Both the position numbers and the translations under genes were made by a program. A DNA stretch of 62,238 nt, the filler included, from Hausera hauseri (Eukaryota), in NCBI GenBank assembly GCA_046269625.1. It is 9 parts of 9 records of this genome, joined end to end, with 100 filler letters (N's around TTAATTAATTAA, not from the genome) between each part and the next. Parts side by side here need not be neighbours in the genome. Positions count along the whole stretch, not along the records: positions 8,712 to 12,650 come from JBJURY010872626.1; positions 12,751 to 23,930 come from JBJURY010118875.1; positions 24,031 to 29,731 come from JBJURY010203858.1; 6 more parts are not named here. The stretch is one strand, 5' to 3'. The notes below the pieces were generated by a model. The model was not told the origin of the DNA, did not search any database, and was given only the letters and a program-made list of their open reading frames with translations. This document shows, piece after piece, positions 12,470-24,408 of this stretch (position 1 is the first letter of the stretch; each line of letters starts with the position of its first letter).

Positions 12470-13726
12470 ATACAACGATAAATAGATTATAAAAGTAGGG
12501 GGAAAAGGCCGGTTCTGGGCCAAGGGGGGAGGGAGGGTCCACCCACGCACCAGTTGACCAATCACAAGCGGCCCGCATGCTGATTGGTTAATTCGACAAC
12601 GGCGAGTTCAGTGGTGCGGTCGGATTTCCTGTGTCGCAAAAGACAAAGCCNNNNNNNNNNNNNNNNNNNNNNNNNNNNNNNNNNNNNNNNNNNNTTAATT
12701 AATTAANNNNNNNNNNNNNNNNNNNNNNNNNNNNNNNNNNNNNNNNNNNNCCAACACTTCAAAACAGGAGCTATTTGATGCCAACTAACAAAAGCACCAC
12801 ATGGATGTATTCGGGTTTCAAGTCCAATATGACCGGCATGCACACTACTTACGATATACCTGTGATATATTCTTGAGAGCTAACTTTGTGCGCTCGGCTT
12901 TCATCTGTGACATTCGTTGCCGTGCGCTGAGTGATTCTATTGTCGGGCTATTTTGGTAAAGTGAACAGCAAATTGCCAATAAAAAAATTCAGTGATTCCA
13001 TTCCAGTTATGATCCTGATCTACCGTTGGGAAACCATGAAATAATACATAAATTGAAACTTCAGTTAGGACAGGGTAATTAGGTCACTAGTCAACATGAT
13101 AATTGTAAAAACGATATTGATACACGTCACTCATTCAGTCCAGGTCATTTAGGCGTGTCAAGTGATGGCTTAGATAGACGGGTCTTTAGCTGGAAATGTT
13201 GAGACTCGGTGTTTGACACAACTGATTGTTTATGACGTTTTAACATGTTAATGCTATGATATGAAAATTGACATGACGAGGCTTCGGACCGTTTAAGTCG
13301 AACCATCACACCCTTACATGAAATGGACTGTACCAAGTGACTTGTATTCGTATAGTTTAGCATTAGAAATTTCTAGAGAGTTAATTACCATCTATTTTCA
13401 TTGCATGACACAAATTACACTGTAGTTGTGCCGAATTTTAATATGGCATTTTAAGAACCACAGACATCGCAACAAAGATTAATCTCGTTTCTAGAATGTT
13501 CACGAAAAAGCTTGCCTCAAGTATTTCTCCTGTTAAGTTCTATTTATTACCAAGCTTAACACCAAATGTTATCAGCTTATTGCAAAGATTCAGTGTCACG
13601 TGTTATGTAAGTACAATGTTACAAACTGAATAAATATTCGGTCACTTTAATTTACCTTTAAAATGTATGTAGTTTTTGCACTTATGAATTTGTAATTTAT
13701 TGTAGAAAAATGTTTTACTTATAATA

Positions 13727-13870
13727 CCGTGTTTCCCCGAAAGTAGGACCGCCCCGAAAGTAAGACAGGGTGGGGGTTTCGGGGGGGTCCTAAAATGTAA
13801 GGCCTCCCCCGAATGTAAGGCAGGGTTGGGCGCCGCTGTAAAATGTAAGGCCCTTACCTTTAGGCAGTCC
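13727..13870 (+). mobile_element. Tc1/mariner (Tc2/pogo-like) element left end
   Basis: TA followed by CCGTGTTTCCCCGAAAGTAGGAC, with subterminal repeats CCCCGAAAGTAAG / AATGTAAGGC. No right TIR found. Confidence 0.55.
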
Positions 13871-14044
13871 CCCATTGGATCCCCAGGCTCCAGAGGTGTC
13901 CTCAGGTGCAGCTGGGCGGGTCCAGCGCTCATGGGGTTAACTCGCCGTGTTAACCGCGCAATCGGCCAGCAAAACAGCTCATTGTCCGCGCATGCTCCCC
14001 ACGTCACCGCCGCCCCCCTGCTCGAGCGCTGAAAGGGCAATCAG

Positions 14045-14110
14045 CTCGAGGATTTGGACACAGTCTCAATGTTTAAGTCTAGGTTACAAACATATTTATT
14101 TACTCAGGCT
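14045..14110 (+). mobile_element. L2-type LINE ORF2 C-terminal scrap
   Basis: Translates as DTVSMFKSRLQTYLFTQA, the typical FK..LKT.LF ending of L2 ORF2. Confidence 0.45.
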
Positions 14111-14454
14111 TCTTGGTTGAGAGTGAGAAACTTAGGTGAGGTACTTTTGGTGGTGTCACCCGGCAGACTCTCCTGAAACAATCTTTGGTGGCTGCTGGAC
14201 TTAAGCAAAGCCTGCAAATAGTTTTAAAAGCAAAATAACTATAAAACGTTGCCAAGTGCAGGGACGCTGGAGAGAATCGCCACCTTTTTAAGCTGAAGCG
14301 TTGGCCGGTGAGAGGAGGTTGTTGCTGCTCCAGGAACTCCTCCCGATCAAAAGCAGTCATCGGAGGCCCTCTAGTGGTGAGTGGCGGAGCAGTAATAGAC
14401 ACGGTGGAGGAAGCAGGCTTATCTGAAAACAAAATTGCAAAACAGATATAAGAG

Positions 14455-15420
14455 CAGAGGTGGCAGAAGTACACGAGTTCCTTACTTAAGTAAAAGTACT
14501 AGTAATCTAGTAAAAAAAAAAATTACTCAAGTAAAAGTATGTCTAATTTATGTTACACAAGTATAAAAGTACATGCTCCAAAATGTACTTAAAGTATAAA
14601 AGTATTTCTTTAAAATCATTTGTAACTCAAATTTCTTTAACAGGATATCATTTTATTTAAGACTTAGGGATACACAAGCCCGATCACATGCAGTAAACCA
14701 CTTTATTTATATACTGTTCTTTTAGCAATCTTATCCAGAGATATGTGCTTATATCAACAGGACTTAATTTGCTGAAAATATTTGAATGTGCACAAATTCT
14801 AGCATGTGTAAAACTATTAAGACAAACAGTGGTTGAATAAGAACATTGTCGATGTTCAATTGCTGATTCTAAATAACAAACAATAATGGTTGGAGCCATT
14901 ATCAGTAGTTGTACATACAATCTTCTCACGGATGTTGTACTCTTAGTGTGTCATTCAGTGCACCAGCAATTGCAGAAAAAATATGGGATCCCTTGAGCTG
15001 TTTGTATGCTAAAGTAGCAGAGCATCTCTTCAGAGTTTCAGGATTTATCCAGTGAGCAGGAACACCAATGAAACTCCGTCTGAACACAGTCCAGCAATCT
15101 GTTGTTGTGGCAACAAAATCCATCTCATGCAGGGCAGCCTTCAAATTCTTCTTCATGTCCGATACAGCTTTTTCCACTTTTGCCTTCACTGTCCCACGTG
15201 ACATTACAATGAGAATTACAGGTGAAATTAAAACCCACCCAAAAATACCGGTTTCGGTCGTAGATGAAGCTCGGCTCGTGCTGTGGACACACAGAACTTT
15301 TACGTTTAGCTTCACGTGTGGAGAGTTTTTGACTTTCCATGAAGGTTCATGTATCCAGACTCACCTGAACCAGAAACTCTAATTCATGCTGCATTACAGC
15401 ACACATCTCCTGCACAGAGA
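14455..15420 (-). mobile_element. hAT (Ac-like) transposon relic with one terminus
   Basis: Terminus CAGAGGTGGCAGAAGTAC at 14455 with TACTTAAGTAAAAGTA subterminal repeats. Minus-strand ORF 14926-15315 has FVATTTDCWT..RRSFIGV.AHWI...LA...LKGSH, the hAT first catalytic Asp motif. Confidence 0.7.
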
Positions 15421-17706
15421 AGAGATTCCAACAAGAGAAACGTCACACATCATTTACTCTCCTCAGTCTGACCCCCCCTAACCTAGTCATATACAGTTCT
15501 GACCTGAAATGGCTTGGACCCAGGAACCAGGAACCTGAGCTGGTCTTCTTGACTCTGAAAAAGCTGCAGGTTCCTTTTGATCCTTTTATAAATGGTCTTT
15601 AATTCTTCCTCCGCAGCTTTGAGATCTCGGATGTAGAGCTGTCTCTGCTCCACCGATACCACTGTTCTGTACTGACTGTAGTGCACAGAAAGAGCAAAAG
15701 TTTACACACCCCCATGTAAGAATTTACGTTGGTTCTGACCACGGTTTGGGGGACTCGCAACATGTAATTGGGTATCATATGGAAGGGTGGTGGAACAAGA
15801 ATAAAGCTGCGGGTGCCTGGAAGAGAACACACACCACAACCAGTGAGATTTATTATCAAATAGATGCAAACTGAAATGATAAGGAATTTATTTGCAATAT
15901 TTAGGAAGAAATTCAATCTTAAATCCTCACATAAAACCGGGATGTTCTGGTGTGGGAGGCTGGCCAGGTTTTCCTCCTTAACCCTGCTATGGCATGCCTG
16001 TGACTCAGGGCAATGCCTTTTGCAGGGCTCTTTCTCGCTCTCAGCCTTTCGTTTTGGTCTTTGGGCTGTTTGCTTATTTATATTGGGCTCTTGTAGCCCC
16101 TTTGTTCTGCTCCTTTTGTTTTTGGGTTTTGCCAGTGGAGCATTGCCAGAGGGACCCGGGTTCAAGACCTCAGCCTTACGTTTTTGGCCCTGGTCTCTTG
16201 GCTTCTTTCTTTCGAGCTCCTGCAACTGCTCTGGTCCGCTGCGCTCATCTACAAATATAAACTGTAGAGCATTGCTGGAGGGAATTAGTGATCTGGTCAG
16301 AGGCCTGGATTTTAATAATCAGATTGATGCTTTTGCCCAGCAATTTTCATAGCTCACTCTGTTACTGTGTTAATCAGAGATTTAAAAAGTAGTTAATAGT
16401 TGATAGCTGCTAATTTAGGCTTGTTGAATGGGGTAACTGATGGCTTTAAAAAGGAAAAAAAATGTTTGATTATTGACAAAATAAAAAATGGAAGGTGTTT
16501 AGTGAAGGTATGTATGTTTGCGTGTTCCCATGTGGGTGCTACTACTACATTTGGAAATTTCTAGTTCGAATTACCACACTGTTGGTACACATCCAAAGTA
16601 GCAGAGATAGTCATGAGTTCACTTTTGGAGGAATGTCTTGTAGCACCGACTACTTCTGATGATGGTGATTTGCGCCTCTTAGGTTGTGGTGGCATTTCAT
16701 TCCTCTCAGTTGGAGGAAATGTCTCCTCTGCTGATGTTTCTATGGAAAATAATTAAAATTCAACATTCAGAAATAAGTTGTTGAGGTGGAAGTAACTGCT
16801 GCAGATGGCATAGCATGAGGATGGGGATGTTTTGTTGTGTCTTTATATTAATAAAACAATGCTTGGAAAGGAATGAATAACTCATTACCTTGATAAAACA
16901 GTGCTTATTATAGCATTATAATGCATTAATTATTATTCTTTGTTTTGCTGTTATTAATCTCAAACGGAGTAAAAAAATATGAAAAACATGGCCTTTTAGG
17001 GCTTCTGTACCAAAGACCATAGTGTGAAGGAAGTAGCTGAATTTGCAAGAGTTTTGAAGCAGTCATACGAGTCTACCAGCAGTGGCAAAAATCCCAGTCT
17101 ACAGGAAATACTTGTCAAAACTGTGGTCAAAAAGCAACAACGACTATAGGAGCCATCAGCTAAATCACTGTGGTTCTGTTTTAATGAAATAAAAATTATT
17201 TTAATGATCATGTGGTGAATCTGGCCAGATAAAATCCCCAAAATTCACATTCTAACATCTGAGCAGTGTTTTCTAACATTTTGAGCTCATTGTCTGACAT
17301 GTTCCTCATGGTTGTGAAGGGGTTGATATAATGTTGTTTAGGTGGTGACTGTACACCATTATATCTGTGTGTTATAAATGGTTATTAATGAGCTGTACAT
17401 GTGTGTTTACAACCTAATTAATAACTGTTAATAATTAAATAATAAACTATTTATAAACAGTCTATAAATGTAGTCTTATTATAAAGTGGTACCTTGGGAC
17501 TTCATGCACAAATTAAGAGTAGTATTTTGACAATCACTTACTGATACTACTCACCATTAACAGTAGATGGTTCCTCCTGTGTGCACTCATCTTCCTCATC
17601 ACTGACCTGAACTTGTTCTGTGAAAATGAGACAAAATACAACTTAACAACACAATCAAATAAAAAGGATTATATGATAAACACAGCAAAAAATAAATAAA
17701 ACCACC

Positions 17707-19681
17707 TTCAGGATCTATTGCAATTTCATCCAAGTTTTTGCCATGAAACTCAGCTAGTCTTCCTTGTTCAAGAGCCATAAGAATTTTGCTGATCTTGGCA
17801 AGTTGTAATGTCTTTTCCGGTAGTCGATAGAATTCACGATGAATTCTTATATCATGTCCAAGGAAGTTGGCCAATTGGTCCATCTCAGTGTCTGTCATGT
17901 TCAGCACAGTTGAAAGGGTTGCAACATGCTTTCGCAGTTTGGTCGACGTCAATGAATTTGGACACTTTGCACCACACGCCTTTGCGAAGCTACGAATGCA
18001 GTCTGAACCTCGGAAATGTGTCAAAGCTGCTGGTCTTGCAAACATATAACCATTATCTTTTAGAACCTCACAGGCCTCTCGATGCTTAACAAGAAGTTCT
18101 AATGCGCACAGTATTTTTGGAGTTAGAAGAATTGGAACAGGGCGACCACGTTTTCCCCGTGTTACAACACTTGCAAAGTGCCGGCACAGTTTTTTTTCTA
18201 GTTCAGAGAGTGCCCAGTCCACATCCTCATGTGGATCTGTAGTGTCTCTTGACAAAAATGCAGATAAGGGCATACTCGCCACCTCTCCTTCCCTGCGCCG
18301 GTTAAAGAGAATGATCTGGGTCAGACACACCTTTGTCAGCTCTATCCAGGCTTTTGTAGAAGGACTTTCAGAGAGTGATTTGTACCACTCATCTTGTATA
18401 TGTCTGAGATATTCATGCATTTTTTGGACATCTTCAGTGAAGGGCAGGAGAGTGGGGACATTCATTTTGCTTCCCTGATGTTCCTTAATGCTGTCGCTGA
18501 GATCATCTCATTCCACTTTTGTTGATGAACATCTAAGAACTCACTGGCATTCTTTACAAGCTCTTTGTTGTTAGATATTAAACCCAGAGCTTTTAGGAGT
18601 TTGCTTACTTTAACCAAGGTATTTCCAAGCTTGTTTGCTAGTGATGGAACAGAGAACTTGCCTGTTTCACTGTCATACCCACATGTCACCTTGACAGATC
18701 CAAAAAACTACATGGAGACTGTCAAAGCTATGAGGTCTTCCATTTTTTTAAGATTGTGATTCTCCTGGCATTAAGAATCAGCCTTCCCATTTCTCTCATC
18801 TTCTCTCACACATACTGCTGATTTTTGGCTGATGGCCCTCCTTTGTTTAACAAGTGCTGCCCAACATCAGTAATAACTTTGTAATTTCTTATTATACCTG
18901 TGATTGGGTCAGTATTCATGGCACCGATTACTGCCCCTAGTTGTTTACTAATGTGTGAAGGTACATGACCTGTGAATGTACACATGGACTGAACACGGTT
19001 CTTTCCTGGTTTGGCGACAACTGACCCTGGTTTCAGTTTACAACGACGCATATGTCGCCACAGGACGTTTCTTGTATAAAGTCCTTGACAGTATGCACAG
19101 TGCATAAAATTATTTCCCTGCGCATCTTTTCGAGGTCGTTTAAATGGCACTAGGTTCCCCTTTCCTGACTCCATAACAGCAGCATTGTGAGCATAGTTTC
19201 CTCTGTTGCGAAAATAATCTAGCTGTTTTTTTCTGTCCTTGGAACCCTTTTGAAAGCTTAGAGCTTTAGCCACATCAGATTCATTTTCATGCACACGTTC
19301 AAGATGTCTTGCCATCTTAGCAAAAGGTTTAGAACAATACAAACAATAATGTCTCTTGTCGTACACTCGTTTCCCACCTCTTTTTTTGCATGCACTAATA
19401 ATGATGCCATCATCTATGTTCTGACTTGAACAGGGTTCATCTTCTGCTTCCGTGCCTTCAGATGTAAAGCTGGGCCTGTCAAAAGTCATTTTGTCTGAAG
19501 TGCTATCACAGACAGGTGAATTCACTGAACCAAACTCACTGAGCATATCATCAAGATGATGACGTTTTGCCCGTAGATTTAGTTTAGGGCCAATAGTACG
19601 GTCACTATCACTATCGCTAGTGGTATCTGGAATATAATCATCTGCACTCTCTGAAGTAGAATCAGATCTGTGTTTTCCATC
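17707..19681 (-). pseudogene. tyrosine recombinase-like domain with upstream Cys/His (zinc-finger-like) region
   Basis: CLYC..KMARHLERVH and CAYCQG..LWRH..C, followed by FNRRREGE (Arg-I), TRGKRGR, TSTKLRK (Arg-II), FLGHD (His) and HREFY (Tyr). In-frame stops at about 18806 and 18707 and a frameshift at about 18465. Confidence 0.8.
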
Positions 19682-21512
19682 TAAAAAAGAACAAAACATT
19701 ATTAGAAATATGTGGAGCTGTTGCAAATAGTTAAATAACTGTACATTTACAATAAGTTAATATATAAGGTTTAAATAACCAATTATAAATAAAAAATATA
19801 TAACATTTTTTAATTTGTTTTGTAAATGAGAGAAGTCGCTTCTTAGTGCTCTATATACATAATAAATTCAGATTCACTGTCCAAAACACAGAGATTTAGT
19901 TATTTATCTTGGACAGTATCCACCTTTTCCTACAGCCAACCCACTGCAAAACACTATTAGTACAATTTTGTCCTGCATTATTTTAAAACTAAAAACAATA
20001 CGGTAATAATTTTAGTTTGCTCACACAGTCATAGACTAAGTGAACGCTGTGCACACTTTTAAACCAATCTTTCATCACTCTGACAACAAATGCAACTTTT
20101 AAACTGCCCTGAATCAGGGAAGAGAAACTAGTTAGCTAGTTAGTTAGCATTAAATTAACTTACTGACATGAGTTTTGTAAGATTATGTCACACTTCCCTG
20201 TCTGTGCAGACTTTCTAGCTTGCTAAAACGTATCCAGATCCAGCTTTACAGCTGGAAGTACTTAGAGAGTATTAAAGCTTTCGGTTTTGTACTTCACTTT
20301 GCAAAGTATTCTGTGTGTTCAATATGTTTATTAGCTTCTCTCAAACAACATATTGATCCTCTTACTTCCCCCAAGATTTACTTGGTGTCCATGTTTCTGT
20401 CTGTCCGTTGATAGGTTTGTTCTCCATGCTGGTATATTTGGGTCTAATCCCAGTTGGTCACACCCAGTTCAAATAATACAAATATTGCTACTTAGTGAAG
20501 AACTTACTATGATGCTTTTTGTGCGTCTCAGTCTTGGCATAAAAGTGTCATTTTCATTTTCAAACTGGTGCAAAATCTGTAAAATGACAGAATAATATTA
20601 ACATAGACAATGTAGTCTTAGAAAATTTAAAAAATATAAAAACGTAATTATAAATATGAAGGTTAAGATAAAATTACGTCATTTTTAAACACATTTTAGA
20701 ACAATAATATTTAAAATTGGAAAACAATTAACTGGCCAGATAGAAAGACTTATTTCTAATCATAAGTCATAAGCTTTCAATCATTCCATTTTAGAAATAT
20801 CATATTTATAGTAAAATATTTTTCTTCCAGTCCTGCCGAGCACTGTGAACATACACACATCTTTTAAAAACATGATCTATGGGGACCTTTCACACACAGC
20901 ACAACAGTGCTTTTTGGGGACCAGAGATGTCCAATTGTACACTGTAAGGATCTAATCAGAAAATGACTCAATGTGTGTTGTGGGGACCCCGTAAGTGTCC
21001 AGTAAAGATTGGAGTTTAACAAACATTTGGTGTAAAGGTTAAAATCTGCTCTGTACAATAAACTACCAGTAACCTTCTAGATGTGTTATGTTTAACTGTT
21101 TGGTGTACTGATTAAAACTAGATTACCATTAAAATAGACAGCATTCCATTCTTCATGTACTTAAAAATAACCAATAATAAATGACCAATAAGAATTTACC
21201 TCTTTAGAACTGTGATGTGATCCAGTAGCCTCATCTGGCTGAGTTATTGACTGGTGAAAAGGCTGAGAACTGCTCACCACTGTGGCAGGAGCTTCAGCAC
21301 TGTTCTTCTGTAAACACATTTATTAACAATATTTTAAATTAAGAAAATAGAGAATTGGCCAAACTATTGTAAACACTGCGTAACATGCAAAGGGATTAAC
21401 CATCAGTTTAGACAATACATCTAATGTATGTTTTGATCACCCTTAGAATATGGTTTAAGAGCATCAAAACTATATAAGAAACATTTTGTATTCTGTGTAC
21501 TGTACAATATAC

Positions 21513-22515
21513 CTGTGTTCTCCATGGACAATCACCACCTCCATAGTCATATGTAATTCCTTCTCCTTCATTAATGTCAGTCACAGCAAATAAGCAGAGG
21601 TGTAGGTGTCCATCTACGTCAATTTTTTTCATCTTACAGTTTGGAGTCTTGTGCTCATCATTAACTAATCGTCCAAATGACCCATCTTCTCTTGAGGCAT
21701 CAATCCTTAAAAAGATGGAAACATGAAACATGGGATAAATACATATATCACAATATGACAACTTAGTTGAATATAAGAAATTAATAATTGTCTTTTAAAT
21801 TTAAAAGTGTCATTGCTTAATCAACAAGACCAACATGCTAGTTAACTACTATTAAATCAAATCAAAATTTATTTGTATTTTTACAACAGCTGTTGTCTCA
21901 AAGCAGCTTTACAGAAAAAGACAAAATAAGAAATCATTATGGACAAGCTGGTTGACCAGCATGACCAACATTACCAAGCTCGCCCACCATAATTAGCATA
22001 ATCAAGCTGGCAAGACCAGTTTGGACTCTCTGAAACTATATACATTTAAGCTGTGTGATATATTCAGATGTAAAGCTTACCACCATGTTTTTCCTCCCCA
22101 TTTAAATGCAAACATAAATGCAGCACACATCGGGTGATAAAGGCTTCTTCTTCTCTCTGCATCATTAATCATGTCTCCCCTGTATTCCAGTACAAAATCT
22201 CCTCTGCAAATTGTATTCTTTGCAAATATACCACGTCCTATAAACAAATAACAAACAAATAAACATATTCATTACAAACATAATGAATTCATCAATGATA
22301 AATGCTCAGATAACAGTTTTACAAAAGCTTTACATTTTACAAAAGGTTTTTACATGAGATGTTATGTGAGTACTCATCAGCTGATAAATATATAAATCTG
22401 ACACTACTATACCTTTCTCTGCATTGATGTATTTTATCTCCAGTTTGTATGTTTTGTCTGTCTTTGAAACTACGTGGAATATAGCATCATTTCGGGGGCT
22501 GATTCGTGGTGGCAT
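21513..22515 (-). CDS. SET domain (SETD8/PR-Set7-like) exons of the Crypton-type ORF
   Basis: Three GT-AG exons splice in frame to give EKGRGIFAK...GDFVLEYRGD...FMFAF..WIDASREDGSFGRLVND...PNCKMK..HLCLFA..DI.EGE.ITYDYG. Confidence 0.85.
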
Positions 22516-23783
22516 TTCAAGCTGCATGGAAATAAAAAAAATTAGTTGACACTGGATTCAGTTTGATGTTGTAAAGTTATTAGGTATTTATATGTATTTT
22601 AAAAGCCAACATGTATATCTTTAAGATTTCTCATTCTCTGTCTCTGTTGCTGCACGGGCAGCAGTTAACTACATCCATACTGGGAAAAAGGCAGAATATA
22701 AACACTTTGTTTAAATAATAATTATTTGACATTATAATGATCATAGTCCTTATAGTTTTTACATTTGCTTTCAAAACTTACACATTGTAACTGAAACAAC
22801 ATTTAAGGTGGAATAGATAGCATTAGAAGCCAACTTCAGCCCTCATATGTTTTATTCCCCAGTAACATATGAACAGTGTTGAGGGTAGTTTTGATAAAAT
22901 GGCCAGTGTTCTGTTACCTTCCAACAACACTCCTGCTGCAGCTGAGAAAGTGAAGTGAGCTATTTTAAATGGTGCCTGCTTCACCCTGCTGAACCAACCT
23001 GACTCCCACACTAATGAAAGTACTGGCAGCCACGCATTAATAAATTACTTCATCTTTTGTGTGGAATGGACACTCATCTTCATCACTTAAGTCTCCCAAT
23101 GAAAGCCAGTCACACAGAAAAAAAGATCTATTTTTAAAACATTTGTCACTATTTTAATGACAACTGCAATTTCATGATTTAAATTCATCTTACTTTGATG
23201 TGCTTTTATTTATTATGAGCAGAAATCTGTGTTTATTAGATGTAATCTAGCTTAAACGTTCAATGTGAATTTAACTTCACGATTGTGATTGAAGTCACGA
23301 ATTTAATTACATGATATTATTCTCTTAACAAGCTCTTAAGTTAAAGTTTTAGCCCTGCCATTTTATTTTGCATAAACTAGGTATGTCACAGAACTAGCAG
23401 GTTAGAAAAACGTAAAACATTTAAAACTTACATTTAGTCTTTAGCTAATACGAGCTAAACAGCGAATAAGAGCTAAACCGCTAAACCGCTATTTAACCAA
23501 TTGTAAGCAGTGAACATTGGTTATAGTTGATAGTAAAACAAATCTTCTTACCTTGTGTTGTACTTTTGCTCCTCAGTAAAAGTTCCTCTGGATCTTCTGT
23601 ATATTCGCTGCTTTATTGTCCACCATCTTAATTACACCGTTTCACACTCAAAACACTTTGCGTTGATAACCTTACTTGCGAGGACCAGGAAATGACCATA
23701 TTTGGATGTACATCCTGAAGTGTGTGAACAGCAGTGAACAGCAGTGTGTGCATGTCCATTAGAGGCGCAGTGGAGCACAGCCG

Positions 23784-23804
23784 CACACACACACACACAC
23801 ACAC
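23784..23804. repeat. (CA)n microsatellite
   Basis: CACACACACACACACACACAC seen directly. Confidence 0.9.
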
Positions 23805-23817
23805 TGACCAAAATACA

Positions 23818-23930
23818 TCTTCTTCTTCTTTCGGCTAATCCCGATTAGGGGTTGCCACAGCGGATCAATTATGATCCGCATCATTGGTTTTGGCACAAGT
23901 TTTACGCCGGATGCCCTTCCTGCCGCAACC
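23818..23930 (-). mobile_element. RTE-related non-autonomous retroposon 3' end
   Basis: Minus strand reads GGTTGCGGCAGGAAGGGCATCCGGCGTAAAA...GATCCGCTGTGGCAACCCCTAATCGGGA..(GAA)n, like RTE-type termini common in fish. Confidence 0.55.
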
Positions 23931-24030
23931 NNNNNNNNNNNNNNNNNNNNNNNNNNNNNNNNNNNNNNNNNNNNTTAATTAATTAANNNNNNNNNNNNNN
24001 NNNNNNNNNNNNNNNNNNNNNNNNNNNNNN

Positions 24031-24107
<77 letters not shown>

Positions 24108-24408
24108 TTTTTTATTTCCATTCAAACATAATACAGCACATCAAATAAATATAAAATTATAAATTGAATAGAAATATACTATCTACAAAAGGAGTATACT
24201 CCTTTGCCTGTAGACAGGAGTATGGAAATTTAACAATTTTAATAAAATCTACATTCACATACAAGCACACATACACACACACACACACATCCATACCTAC
24301 ACAATCACACACAGTCAATGGATGCAGTCCCAAGCAATTAACCAGATAGCCAATCATAACCAGATCACATTTATAGAAAATGAAAACTATTCAATAATAA
24401 TTTTGAAT

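Larger units (their letters stand above)
16620..23784 (-). mobile_element. Crypton-type tyrosine-recombinase element encoding a SET-domain fusion (inactivated copy)
   Basis: Spliced minus-strand gene with exons 22521-22413, 22237-22081 and 21705-21513 (SET), 21307-21200, 20576-20508, and a large exon at about 19681-17707 (Cys/His region plus YR). Small exons follow near 17554-17605 and 16622-16740. Element boundaries are approximate. Confidence 0.65.

Noticed and set aside
13642-14040. 132-aa and 68-aa ORFs in a GC-rich patch
   Set aside because: They overlap transposon terminal repeats and have no protein motif; likely spurious.
15483-16352. Overlapping ORFs (208 aa minus, 162 aa plus)
   Set aside because: Low-complexity basic sequence. 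It may contain exons of the YR gene or another gene, but I cannot assign it.
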